Below, in pieces: positions 40,101 to 51,944 of a DNA stretch of 64,000 nt. Source of the stretch: Lama guanicoe (taxonomy: Eukaryota); assembly GCA_013239625.1 (NCBI GenBank), contig MU054001.1:3822167-3886166 (forward strand), in the 5' to 3' direction. Position numbers and translations under genes: made by a program. The notes beneath the pieces are model-generated. The model had not been told where the DNA came from and made no database searches. It was given only the letters and a program-made list of their open reading frames with translations. Within the stretch, counting starts at the first letter, position 1. The number at the start of each line of letters is the position of its first letter.

Positions 40101-41749
40101 GGTCTCAAAGGAGCCCCTGGTTTCCTGGGGGTGGGGAAGAGCAGGGGAGGGGCGGGGAATGTGGAGCTGAAGAGGTCAAGAAAGAAGTTCCAAATAAAGA
40201 AGAGACGCAGCCCTCCTGAGAGGAAGGGTTTTCAGAGGGATTGGCAGGGAGAAGGGGAATGCTTAGGGGATTGGATTTGGGGATTGTTCTGGAAGTGATG
40301 CTAAGTGGGATGAAATTTAGAGGGAAAAAAAGAAATCTCGGGGAATCCAAAGAGCTTGGATTGCCAGTCTGCACAGCTGCTGTCTCTCCCCATGTAACCC
40401 TTCCAGGAAAACTGTCCAGGCTGGTCCCTGATGTTGTCCATGAACTTGCTGTTCACTGGTAACCTGGCACCTGCAGCCAGAGGCTGGATATGCATTGCCT
40501 CCTGTGCAGGTGTCGCCAGGGTATGTACCCCGACCGCTGTGTGCTTCACCCACTGGGCTGAACCAATCTCCTGGGTGGAGAAGGAGGCGTGAAGATGTGT
40601 TGGTGCAATAATGAAATGATGCTGCATGTAGTCTCAACTCAGCCGCTTGGAATGGGACTCCACCTCCCACATTTCTGTGGGGTGTATTCATTTCAGCATC
40701 TGGTTTTGGCAATATAGGGGGGAATAACACTCAGATTGACATTTTTTTTCTTCTAGGATGATGATGAATACAATTAAAGTCTGAGGCTCTTTAAAATAAA
40801 TTCTCCTGCTCTGATACTTTTTTTTCCCCTGCATGTAAGAATTCAATATTCTGAGCTACAAATCTGGACTCTGTCTGCTCCTGGATAGGCCACCAGCCAC
40901 CAGCGCACACCTTTCAGGTAACCTCCCTGGTGGAGAATTTTTAAGTTCGCAAGTTACCTGAAGGGGCCTGGGCTGCTTTTGGTGGATCTACTGGGCTTTC
41001 TCAAGTTAAGAAGCTTCCACTCTGTACTCTAATGGTAATCACGTGTCAGTACCACCCTTACCTGGGCCCTCTCGATCTCTTCTTTCTCCATAATCTCTCC
41101 CTGGGTTATGTCATCCAGGCCCAAGGACCCCATTCCCCTTCTGATGCTGAGGACCCCCAAGCTGACACTTATATCTCATGATGACCTCTCCGATGGGCTC
41201 CAGACCCACACCTAACTTGGCGTCTCCATCTGGCTTTCCCACTTAGATACCTCAAACTTGAAAATCCAAACAGAAGTCTCTTCGGCTTCCAAATTTGTTT
41301 CCTACCTGTCTTCCCCAGGTCCCCCATTACTCAGGCCAAAAATCCAGGAGTCATCCTTGGGTCTTCCCTTTCACTCATCCCTTTCATCCATTCTATTTGG
41401 AAACCTTTGAAAATTTACCACTAGAATATCTCTGGAATCCATCCTTTTCCCTCCACTTCCATTGATCCCTCCTTAGGTTGCCCAGCTGCCTCTCCCCTGC
41501 AGTGATTCCTAGGTGGTCTCTCTAGTTCCTCTCCCCCTCACCCCTGCCCCTGTGCATTCCAGTCCCCTCTCCACCCTGGGAACAAGAGAGATCTTCTTTA
41601 AACGTAATGGGATCGCACTGTCTCTGCTTAGAACTCTCCAGTGGCCTGCCATGATTCTTGACCATGGCCAACTAGGCCCTTCATAGACTAGCCCTACCTG
41701 CCTCTGTAGACCCATGTGGTGAACTCTCCCCTTTGCCTGCCTCAGACAT

Positions 41750-42238
41750 ACGTATCAGTTTCCTGTGGCTGCTGTTACAGATCACCACTCACTTGGTGGC
41801 TTAAAAATGACACAGATGAATTCTCTTACAGTCCTGGAGGCCAGAAGCCCAAGATAGGCTGGAACCAAGAGAGCTGCAGGACTGCACTTCCTTCAGAGGC
41901 TCCAGGGGGAAATCTGGTTCCTTGCCTTTTCCAGCTTCTAGGGCTGCACTCCTCTGTCCACAAGGTCCCTTCCTCCCCCTTCAAAGCCAGCGATAGAGCA
42001 TCTTAATTCAGTGGTCACAATGCCACCTTCTTCTACGTCAAATCTCCCTTTGCCTGTCTCTTATTAAGACACTTATGGTTGCATGTGGGTCTATCCAGAT
42101 AACCTAGGATCATCTCTCCATCTCAAAACCCTTAACTTAATCACATCTTTAAAGTTCCTTTTGCCACATAAAGCAACATTCACAGGTTCCAAGGACTAGG
42201 ATCTGGATATTTGGGGTCCCTTATTCAGCCTACCACAC
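41750..42238. mobile_element. MaLR (MLT1-like) solo LTR inserted into an L2
   Basis: gtatcagtttcctgtggctgctgttaca...tctcttacagtcctggaggccagaag...ccttaacttaatcacatct...tattcagcctaccaca. Confidence 0.8.
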
Positions 42239-43249
42239 CTAACAAGCTCTTTCCCACGGCAGGGTCTTTGTACAGCTTGCCCCCTGTGCCTGGAATGTTC
42301 CCCCATGACCCCCTTTACTCTTTGCATGGCCAGTTCCTTCTCATTTAGGGGTCTGTCACCTTACCTGTCACCTCCTCAGAGAATCTGTCTCTGAGCCACC
42401 CCCAATCTGAAGAAGGTTTCCCTCTATCTTGAACCTTTGTTTATTTCCTCCCTTGCACTTGCCATGGTGGACCTTATGTTACATATTTTCCAGTTTACTT
42501 GTTTTCCACCTGCCTCTGCCTCTCCCCTCCCCATCAGTGCTTTGAGGACAGGGATGATGTCTGTTTTGTTCAGATGGCTTTGCAATCCAAGATGGCGCTA
42601 GGCAAATGGGCTGCTCTGTCTACTCTTTTGAGAAAGCAGGCCCCTCTCCATCTCCCTCCTGATCTTCTCTGTTCAAAACCATGGTCTGGAGAGAATCTGA
42701 CGCCACCAACAAAGAGAACCCACAGACAGGCTCACGTGGGCAGAGGCCCAGGGAGATGCTGCAGCATTTAATGAGTCAGGAACACACGAAACCTTTCAAA
42801 AGAAGCAGGTCCCACCTTGGTGCGCATCCACCTGAGTCCTCGCTAATTAAATGCAGCGAAGAATTATTTCACTGAGTCCTACCCAGGAGGCTGCTTGCTG
42901 AGGAGAGCTGTTTCCAAATCTTCTCCATCCTTCTCTTGCTAAAGACTCCTGAAGCCTTTTGGAGAAAATCGAGGGAGACCCAGAGGCCTTCCTACATGTC
43001 TCACATTCTCTGCAGCCTTTCAGCTGGGGCACCACGAGGCTCTTGCACAGCTTAAAACTTCATGCTGGGTTAGATTTTTCTAAACCAAAGCCAAATGTGT
43101 TTTGATTGCAAGGCTATTTTTAAAAATTGCTTGTGCCTTAAGCAATACATTATCTGGTCGAAACATCATGTTTTTCTCCCTTCAAGTAGAAAATTGTTCT
43201 TTGATATTTGACATTGTTCAGAAATATTTTAAAATGTTTGGTCACAATG

Positions 43250-44475
43250 GAGATAGCTTTGGTGACTCAATAGTCTTCTGTACGATTATTCACAGCATAA
43301 AATTCATAGTCGTGTTTTTTATAAAAGCATAAACTTGGGAGAATAAAACAAAGTGGTTGATAAATATTAACCAGTTTTCACAAATAACAGTGTTTAAAAT
43401 AATAACACTGGCACAGCACCTGACAGTTTACAAAAGCTTCAACACGCTTCATTTTGAAAAATCCAGAAAAACATCTTCTTCTTAAGGAAGGGCCTTTGAT
43501 TTTGCCCCTGTAAACTTCTGATCCATAACTTTATATCCTAAAGCATTCTGGCACCAAAAAAAAAAAAACCTGAACCATCTTTTATGAATATATTTTGGAA
43601 GTCTGCTGTCAGAATTCAGCTCATAGGCATCAAACAGAAACCTAGTGGAGCTGTTCAAAATTCTGGCCCAGATTAATTTTAAAAAGCTGCATTTGGATAG
43701 GGAGTTGTTTCCAAAGGTTAAACTGAAGAACAATTGATTTCACCAGAAATCAAAGTCCAGATATGATACTAGCTGTAGAGTGGTCATATTTTTCTTGAAA
43801 ATCTGGAATGTCTTCGGGAACAAATGGCTGTCACATGTCTGCTCCCTTTCAATAATGTCTTAATTACCAGAAAGGAGAGAAGGGTTAAATTGTAGCCCTT
43901 CCCACTCTGCGTGTGGGGGTTTGGGGGGGAATGGGAGGATGGGAGTACGGCTGGGGTGTAAGAGAAACAGCAAAGGTGAGAACGCACTATTCTGAATCTT
44001 CAGCCACAGACGAAGGGCCCAGGACGAGTGGAGGAACCAGATCTAGAGAACAATCTAGGTGGATGACCACGAGTTGAGACACGGCAGGAAGTCGCTTCCT
44101 GAACAGCCCTTACTGTGGAGGAGGTGGGAGGGGCCTTTCACGCGGCGCTCTCTACACCAATAAGCACTCGGTGACATCCGTGGGCCCCACTGACCTGTGT
44201 CAGATTGGCCCGAGGCCAGTCTTATAATGTCCAGGAGGGCTGCCCGTCTTCTACATCCCAGGATTAAATCTTGAGAAGAATTTGATGGAAAAGTAGGCTT
44301 TGGGAAAGTCTACTCTGCAGGGCACTGATGCACGGAACAGAGGTGACCTATTGTGTTAGCCCGGGACAGGACAGGGCTCCGTCTGATTGGGCTGCTTTCA
44401 GATGTCATCACCACTTCTGGGACCCAAACCCACAGAGCGCTCCCAAACAAACAGGTGAACGTCGGTCCACAGACA
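43250..44475 (-). other. NOD2: NOD2 3' UTR (distal end approximate)
   Basis: Sequence directly after the stop codon that becomes U-rich on the minus strand near 43250-43450. The length is inferred from the roughly 1.2-1.3 kb human UTR as I recall it; no canonical AATAAA fixes the end. Confidence 0.55.
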
Positions 44476-44548
44476 TCACAGCAAGAGTCTGGTGTCCCTG
44501 CAGCTGAGCTTCCCAGCTTCCTCTGGAGAAAAAGCGTTTCCTCGGAGC
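44476..44548 (-). CDS. NOD2: NOD2 terminal coding exon 12 (73 coding nt including TGA)
   Basis: ccttcag|GCTCCGA...; encodes LRGNAFSPEEAGKLSCRDTRLLL*, the characteristic NOD2 C-terminus; stop at 44478-44476. Confidence 0.96.
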
Positions 44549-46054
44549 CTGAAGGGGATAAAGCAAAGAGAAGTTTGCATGAGGGCAGGACCAGAGCCGT
44601 GCCGTCAGTTGGAAGCTGCCCACTTTCTAACCCCGTGCCCAGAAGGCCTGGCCCTCCAGCCCAGCTGCAGCTCTCCTGGGAGGGCAAGTCTATGCTGGTT
44701 TCACCCTCTGTCAGCTGGGGCGGCTCATGAATCACTGTGCACGATTTAACAAGCCTCCGTGACTCTGCAGAGTCCACACCAGACCCAGCCAGCCCTGACT
44801 TCCAAGGCTGGCGATTCTTTTTAAGGCAACAGCAGAATCTGTCAGGAATGCAATGCGCCAGTCCTGATGTCCTCCCAAGCTCTGCCAACGGGCAGCAAAT
44901 AACATCAGAACCCTTAAAATATCAACCTGACGCCGGCTTGCTCCGCCCGGACACAGAATGTGACATTTCTCAGAACTGTGCAATGATTTAAAAAAAACAA
45001 AACAAAACAAAAGCCACGATCTGTCCAGGACCTGAGGACCTTACAGGCTACAGGAATTATATAACTGCACAGAAGGGAAAAAATCTCTCCATCACAGGAC
45101 AGATTTTTAGAAGTCTTTTATTTTTAACTTCATCATTTGATAGCTACAGTTGGTACTGCCTCGATATGCTTTTGAGGGAGGGACAAATCTGCATATTTAA
45201 GGTGGGTCCCATGAGCTTCCAGGGCTGTGGTACATAACCTGCGGCAGCCAAAGGGGTCTGGGCCCAGACGATCAGCTAGTGGGATCTGGGGTCAGCGTGA
45301 GCCCGTTTGCCCAGACGAGTGGGGTCGGCCCTTCCTCTACACTGCTTAAGTACTCGCATTCCAAATGGGGGCCCAGAGTCATCAGCTTTTTCGAGAAACT
45401 CCTGAAAGATAGATTTCTTTTTCATAGGGAATGTCCTCATTTTAAAATATTGGTTTCTAGCCCAGTGCCTAAAGCGTATACAGCAATGTTCACTCATAAC
45501 ATGTTAAACCAGGGGAAACCTTTCCACTTATCAATGGAGTATTAAATAGAACCCTGGAAAGAAGAAGGATAAATCTTTGAAGTTGTGACAGTGCTTTTTT
45601 AAAAATATGTGAAGAAACGTGGCTTTTAATTCTGTAGAAAGACTTGGAAACACTGTGCGACAGTTCCCATCCTGTGTAACATCCACCCAGAACTGCAGAG
45701 GGTCTAATGCAACAACAGCCTTGGCCTGCGAAGGCAGGTGTCATGCTCAGCAGGACAGGAGCTGATTTCTCTTCTCTGTTTCCCTCTTCAGCCACACCCC
45801 AATTCCCACACTATTGCCTAGAACAGAGACATTTCTGCATAAATACTCATGATTTAAAAATGAAAGAGTTGGTCCCTGCTTAGAAACATGAAGACCTCTT
45901 TCCCAGAGAACCATATGCATCACATGCAGAGTGGCACCAAATGTTAGAGTCCCAAGGGATTTCAGGAATTCTCAAGTTCTTCTCTCACTTCACAATTTAT
46001 AGATTGGAAAACTGAGGCTGAGAGAGGTTAAAGAGGTCTGCCCAGGGGTCTTAC

Positions 46055-46138
46055 CAGACTTCCATGATGGTGTCATTCTTTTCAAGGGCCTGCAGGAGGG
46101 CTTCTGCCCCAAGGGAGGTGATGAAATTGTTGGACAGC
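46055..46138 (-). CDS. NOD2: NOD2 LRR exon 11 (84 nt)
   Basis: tctccag|GCTGTCC...GTCTG|gtaaga; encodes [27 protein letters not shown](W). Confidence 0.97.
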
Positions 46139-46685
46139 CTGGAGAGGAAGATGGAATGGTGAGCTTCAAGGATGCTCGTTCTCCTCATGAGCCTGTCCAG
46201 TTCAAGGAGGCTTTGGGAGTCAGCCAGCCTCCCGAAGCCCACCTGCCCCCCTCAGCATGTCCCTCTCCTGCCTGAGATTCCCAGCGAGCTCATCAACAAA
46301 GGTTCAATGCCCCAAGTGAAATGCACTCCCCTCTTCTCCATTCACCAGGTGAGTATATCTAATAAGGTAGCTGCTCCCTTAAGAAGGAACTATGATGTGG
46401 TAGTCAAGTATGTGCATTTTAGCGCCAGACTTCCCGGGTTCAAGTCCACCTTACACTACTTCCTTTTTGATCTCAGGCAAATTAGTCCCAATTTCTTCAC
46501 CTGAAGAATGAACCTAAAAGGGTACCCACCTCATGGAGCATAAGAATTAAACAAAGAATGGCATATTCTAAAGCAGTGGGGGCCTGTACTTAACAGATAG
46601 AAAATAATCCATGAACAGTAATATTTTCATCTGAGGGCCTCGGGGGCACAGGGACACAGACAGATTAAAGAAAATATAAGGTTGG

Positions 46686-46989
46686 CAGAAAGACTCACAG
46701 ACATAGAAAACAAACTGTGGTTACCAGGGGGGAAGGGGTAGAGGAGGGATAGATTAGAATTTTGGAATTAATAGACACACGTTACTATATATAAAATAGA
46801 TAAACGACAAGGACCTACAATATAGCACAGGGAATTGTATTCAATTTCTTGTAATGAGCCCTAATGGAAAGAAAATTGAAAACATATACATAAATATACG
46901 TATGTATGTGTATAACTGAACCGCTTTGCTATACAGCTGAAACTAACATTGTAAATCAACTACACTTCAATAAGAAATAAGAATTAAAA
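46686..46989 (+). mobile_element. 5'-truncated L1 3' end in NOD2 intron 10
   Basis: TSD AAAGAAAATAT(A/G)AGGTTGG at 46667-46685 and 46990-47008. Confidence 0.9.
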
Positions 46990-48199
46990 AAAGAAAATAT
47001 GAGGTTGGGAATAGGGAGGGCAGATGGCATACAGTTAGGAATAGCGGGGGAGAGCCAAGGGTTCCCACGCTGTTCTTTCGCTCATAGCTTGGCCTTCTAG
47101 GTTATCTCCACTACCCGTCTTCCCCCTCCACAATTTCAGGAACTTCTGAGAAGCTGTCCCTAAGGCAATGCTAATAATAACAGCAGCCAGTGTCGGTCCA
47201 GCTCTTACTATGAACCAGCTCATTACTGACATCCTCTCAGTGCGTGCGCAGAACCCTAGGGCGAGGGTTCAGTTATTACCCCATTTACACTTAAGGCAAC
47301 TGAGACCCAAATCCAGGGAGGACCGACTGTTAATGGTGCAGCTGGGGCCCAAACCCCGGCCACCAGGCTCCACTCTTAACCAATGCTCGGCAGAGGCTGT
47401 GCCTGGAAGAAAGATGTAGGCTTCGCTTTGCTTTTTTAAGATATGTGAGCAGCTCGATTTTTATGGGGAAACAGTGGAGGAGGATAAAGTTCAGTGATGC
47501 TGAATTATAAGACTCTCAACGAGGCAGCGTGGGACAGCGGCCGCTGCCACTGCCTGGCGTCTGTGGGGGCCCTAAGTGGGTTAAGTCTGTGATGATGAGT
47601 GGGGACAACTTAGCCTCATTCACACCGGGTGGATAATAAACCAGGAATTGCCAAGGTCCCCCAAGGTGCAAAGCAGGTTGTCCCAGCTCAGACCAACCTA
47701 GGCTCCACCCCAGGCCTCCCAGTCCAAGCTTCACCCATGTGACAGTGGAAGTGTTTTCCCCAAATATTTGGAAACTTCCGAGCCCCTGTGAAGCAACACA
47801 AGCAAGTGCTGCCAGGCTGGATGGCGGGCTGGCAGCAAAGCAGACGTTCTCCCAGAGGCAGCTGTCTGCCTGTCTTGGAAGGCTGGTGTTTTCCCCAGGC
47901 CCCGTTTGCCAGGGCAGATGCCATGCTCCTTTAGCAAAAGGAGCCATCTGTTGGTGCCCTGACGTCCCCAGGAAATGAGGCCTCTGGCACCACGGCTGGT
48001 GTGGCGCCAGCCTGAGAGAGCAGCGTTTCACGAGCCAGCCTCCTGCTCACATCCGCCATCCCTGTCCCTGTGGCATGAGTCCCTGTCCACTGAATCCATC
48101 ACCCATGGTACCCCGACCATTTCCCCAGCAACACTGCCGCAGCCCAGCCCCCTAGCTCTGGACCTGCAGGACCTCCACGAGCTCCGGTCCCTGTTCACC

Positions 48200-48915
48200 C
48201 TTCCTCCACTGCCATCAGCCTGATCCAGTCTCCTTCATCACCCAGAAGGCTGCAGGAGCCTCCTGGCTGGTCTCCCTGCTTCCCTCTTGCCCCTTCCACC
48301 TGTTCTGCACAAAACAACAAGCATGATCTTTCCATGATATAAATCAGATCACGTGACTGCCCTCATTCAAACCCTCCAAAGGCTTTAGAAAGTCCTTAGG
48401 ATATACCCCCAAATCCTTCCCATGGCCCTGAGGGCCCTATGGCCTGTTCCCCCCACCTCTGCCCCGCCACCATCTGCCACAGGCCAACCTCACAGGCCCT
48501 CCTTCTGTTCTCAGAATCACCAACCTTGTTTCTGCCACAGGACCTTTGTACTTGCCATCCTGGCCACCTGGAATGCATGTCCCTAAGACCTCACATGGCG
48601 GGAACCTTCTTGTTATTCAGGTTTCAACTCAGATGCCACCTTCTCAGAGAGGCCTTGCCCAGCAGCAGCTACCCCACCCTCTCCGGTCAATCCCTGTCAT
48701 CTCTCTCTTGAATTCTCTTGAGAGTACTTATTACTAACAGAAATGATATTATATTTATCTGTTTACTTGTTCATTATCTGTCTCTCTCATTCAAGTCTAA
48801 GAGCTCCATGAGCAGGGCCTTTTTGCCCACTATATCCTCAGTGCCTCAAACAGAGCCTGGCACCGAGTGGGTGCCCCAGAAGCATTTCTTGTATCAACAC
48901 ATAAATGAGTGAGTG
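48200..48915 (-). mobile_element. L2 LINE relic
   Basis: C-rich body ending cactatatcctcagtgcctcaaacagagcctggcac...aaatgagtgagtg. Confidence 0.65.
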
Positions 48916-49034
48916 CACAGAGCAATAAAAGCAAGCATGCCTGCCTGCATAACACACCAAGAGGAACCCCTGGAGATGACCGTCAAAATCCTCCCACCTG
49001 AGTCAGAGAACCCGTGGAGAGGGGGATAGAAGCT

Positions 49035-49440
49035 GGTGCTGTGGGCACCCTAAACATATCTGCTCAACTCTCACCTCTAATTCTGAGGGCTGCTTGCTGA
49101 GAAGTTTCTACTCTCTGCCTGAGGCCCTTCTGCTGACCTGAGGAGCATGCCCAGCCACGTTCAGGGCAAGCCAGAAGTGCTAGAAATTGAATATCTCCAC
49201 CAGCACCCTTCAACATATGAAGGACAGGCAGTTGGTGGATAAATAACCCCACTGCCTCACGCCTGTAGGATTGTGCCCCAGTGGTCCCCAGTGATAACCA
49301 GTTCCATGACACACCCTTTCTTGGTTACCTTCCTTCCCAGTCTCACTTTACCACTCTCTCACCAGTGTTTGCCGGGACCACCTCCCAAGTAATCAGTGCA
49401 CACTGGAATCCCTGCCTGTGCTTGGGGGAACCCAGATCCC
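49035..49440 (+). mobile_element. ERVL-type LTR relic (LTR16-like)
   Basis: Ends in ggaatccctgcctgtgcttgggggaaccca, similar to LTR16/33 termini as recalled. Confidence 0.45.
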
Positions 49441-49561
49441 TTCCACCTGGCCACCTTGTGTGAGTTAGCCAGGCTGGGAAGCTGCCCAGATCTCTGATTC
49501 AGAAACACCCCCTCCCAAGGCCGGTCATCACTGTCCCGGCCCCTGCTTACAGGTTCCTTAC

Positions 49562-49645
49562 TTCAGTACTTTCAAAGTTGAATTTCTCTTAAGTCCTTCA
49601 GCGAGAAAGCACACACCTTCATCCTGGACATGGTTCTCCTCCAGG
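49562..49645 (-). CDS. NOD2: NOD2 LRR exon 10 (84 nt)
   Basis: ttgccag|CCTGGAG...CTGAA|gtaagg; encodes [27 protein letters not shown](K). Confidence 0.97.
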
Positions 49646-49799
49646 CTGGCAAGAACAAGAGGGAAAACCCAGTTGACAGGGTGATGTTCATTATGGAAGA
49701 CAATGTCAATATAGATGAATCCAGGTGCCCCTCCCAACACCATTTAGAAAATCCAACATCTGAAAACCCACAATTACCAATGAAGTAAGAACACATAAA

Positions 49800-50408
49800 G
49801 CAGTGTGTGAGGGTTCTCAATGACTGGGACATCTCTAGGAGAGAATTCGTCCCGGGCTCCTCCACATATGAAGTTCCCTTACGTCCCCATAACCCAATGC
49901 CCATTTCCCCTTTCTTTCTTTTTAATAGAACCCTAACTTCATTTGGGGCAGCCATGTGCTTGGTGAAAAAACCACATTCCCCACTCTCCACTGCAGCCAG
50001 GGTTGGCTAAACAGCATCCACATGGCCATCAAAACATACGGAGAAGTTAACAGATGAAGTCTCTAGGGATGCTCTTTAAAGAAGAAAGACCCAGCTGGCC
50101 TGTGCCTTTTGACCTTCCTGGATATACAGACTGAACCTGGAATACAGACCAAGTGCTGCAGGTGCAGCAGCCATCTTGTGACCATGAGGCAACCAACCAC
50201 GAGGATGAAGCTGCACACTGAGGATGTAAAGGAGCTGAGAGAGACACAGTCCAGACCCCTGCTGGCTTCGTGGAGCCGCCATATCAGCCCTATGCTGCCT
50301 ACCTCCAAACTGCATACACAGGAACAAAATCATTCCTTTACTGGTTTAAGCCACAGTAGATGGAGCTTTTCCATCACTTGTGGCCTAATGTAGTCATAAA
50401 CGATACAC
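49800..50408 (+). mobile_element. MaLR (MLT1-like) LTR relic
   Basis: gcagcagccatcttgtgaccatgagg...tttaagccac...ttccatcacttgtggcc motifs. Confidence 0.65.
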
Positions 50409-51336
50409 TCACAGTGAGGCAAGCCTCTAACAAGAAATTCCGAGTGTTAGAACACAATCAAGAGACACTCCATGGTACACTGGCAGAGCTAGGGAGCCCT
50501 GCTGACAGCCCAGGCCCATCAGCAAGGTCCACTTTGTGGCCATGCTCATAGATTTCAGTGCCTTTATGCTTCCTGGAGAAAATCAAACATTCAGCACTGT
50601 ATGTCTCTGATATAGTTTGGAACTGCCCAGAATATGTCATAAGAAGACCAGGCATCTAAAGGATGGAAAGCTTGGAATCAGGTCAACAGAGTAAATATGA
50701 TTCATGGTTCATCTTTTAACATCCCCCAAAGCCCACTCCACCTTGTAGGTGACGCTGACTCTAATGGCCAGTGCCCTAGGCACTCAGGCTCACCATGAAA
50801 TGACAAAACTGTAGTGGTAGCAGCAGCCACAGTAGTAATATTGTTACTACTACAATTTCACATGGACGCAGTGCTGACACATATGCCAGGCAGGGGGTTA
50901 AACTCCATATAGGCATTGTCTCGTTTAATTCTTACCAAAGTGTTTTATAGTTGGAAGCAACCACAATTTCATTTTACAGCTAAGAAACTTGAGATTCAGA
51001 GACGGTTACTGAACTTGCCTAAGATCACAACAGACCTTGAGGCTCAGCCTGCTGGATTCGAAATTCTGTGCTCGTACCATTATGCCACATGGAGGCGGTA
51101 AATGAACCAACAATCCTTATCGGCAAGCTACCCACAATTAAATGAAAAGAACTGGCACCTATACACCAGGCTCTATAAGCTTCATGCCACTCAGGACACA
51201 GAAGGACAAACACAATCACCCAGTCACTCAAGCATCCACCTTGGTCTTATCCACACACCTGCTTCTACAAATGAAGCCAGGGAATGAAGAAAGGGTGGTG
51301 TCTGCCTCTCCCAAGTGACAAATCCCCCAAACTCAC

Positions 51337-51420
51337 CAGAGCTCTTCCAGGGCCATGTTCTTTTCCAACATCAATGCTAAGGCTCGGGCACCCACACTGC
51401 CGATGTTGTTCCCCACCAGG
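51337..51420 (-). CDS. NOD2: NOD2 LRR exon 9 (84 nt)
   Basis: cacccag|CCTGGTG...CTCTG|gtgagt; encodes [27 protein letters not shown](C). Confidence 0.97.
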
Positions 51421-51860
51421 CTGGGTGGAACCAAGGAACAAAACTGTGTCAGAGCAGGGAGGGACCTCAGAGATAAGATAACCTATGAAAGGCAAAAATG
51501 CATGGCAAGCACAGCCCCATGTCCTCATCTGCTCCATTTCAGACATCACTAATTGATTACAGTGCTCTTTTTCATTAAGCCCAGAGGTAGCCCTAGAATC
51601 CTTCCCAATGTGATGTACTGGGCAGCCAGTACTAATGGATTGGAGTTGATCCTTTAGATAAAATGTATCTGATCCAGCCCAAGATCTTCAATGTACAGAC
51701 AGAAAATCAAGGCCCTTGAGGGAAGGGACTCAAAATTTCCTGGCTCCAATACAATGGTCTTTCTTTCTCATCCCCATTGTCTAACATGGAGGGGTAAAAA
51801 TGCAGTTCAACGACCTTCAAAACCAGCCCAAGCTCCTCCCTCCTCATACTGGCTCCTTAC

Positions 51861-51944
51861 CTGAGCCACCTCAAACTCTGGTGATCACCCAATGCTTCAG
51901 CCAAGGCCTGGGCCCCCTTGTCACCCACCTTGTTGCCCCAGAAC
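51861..51944 (-). CDS. NOD2: NOD2 LRR exon 8 (84 nt)
   Basis: ttttcag|GTTCTGG...CTCAG|gtaagg; encodes [27 protein letters not shown](S). Confidence 0.97.

Noticed and set aside
44310..44888. 192-aa minus-strand ORF across the last NOD2 exon
   Set aside because: Different frame from the spliced NOD2 C-terminus, spans intron and UTR, and resembles no known protein.
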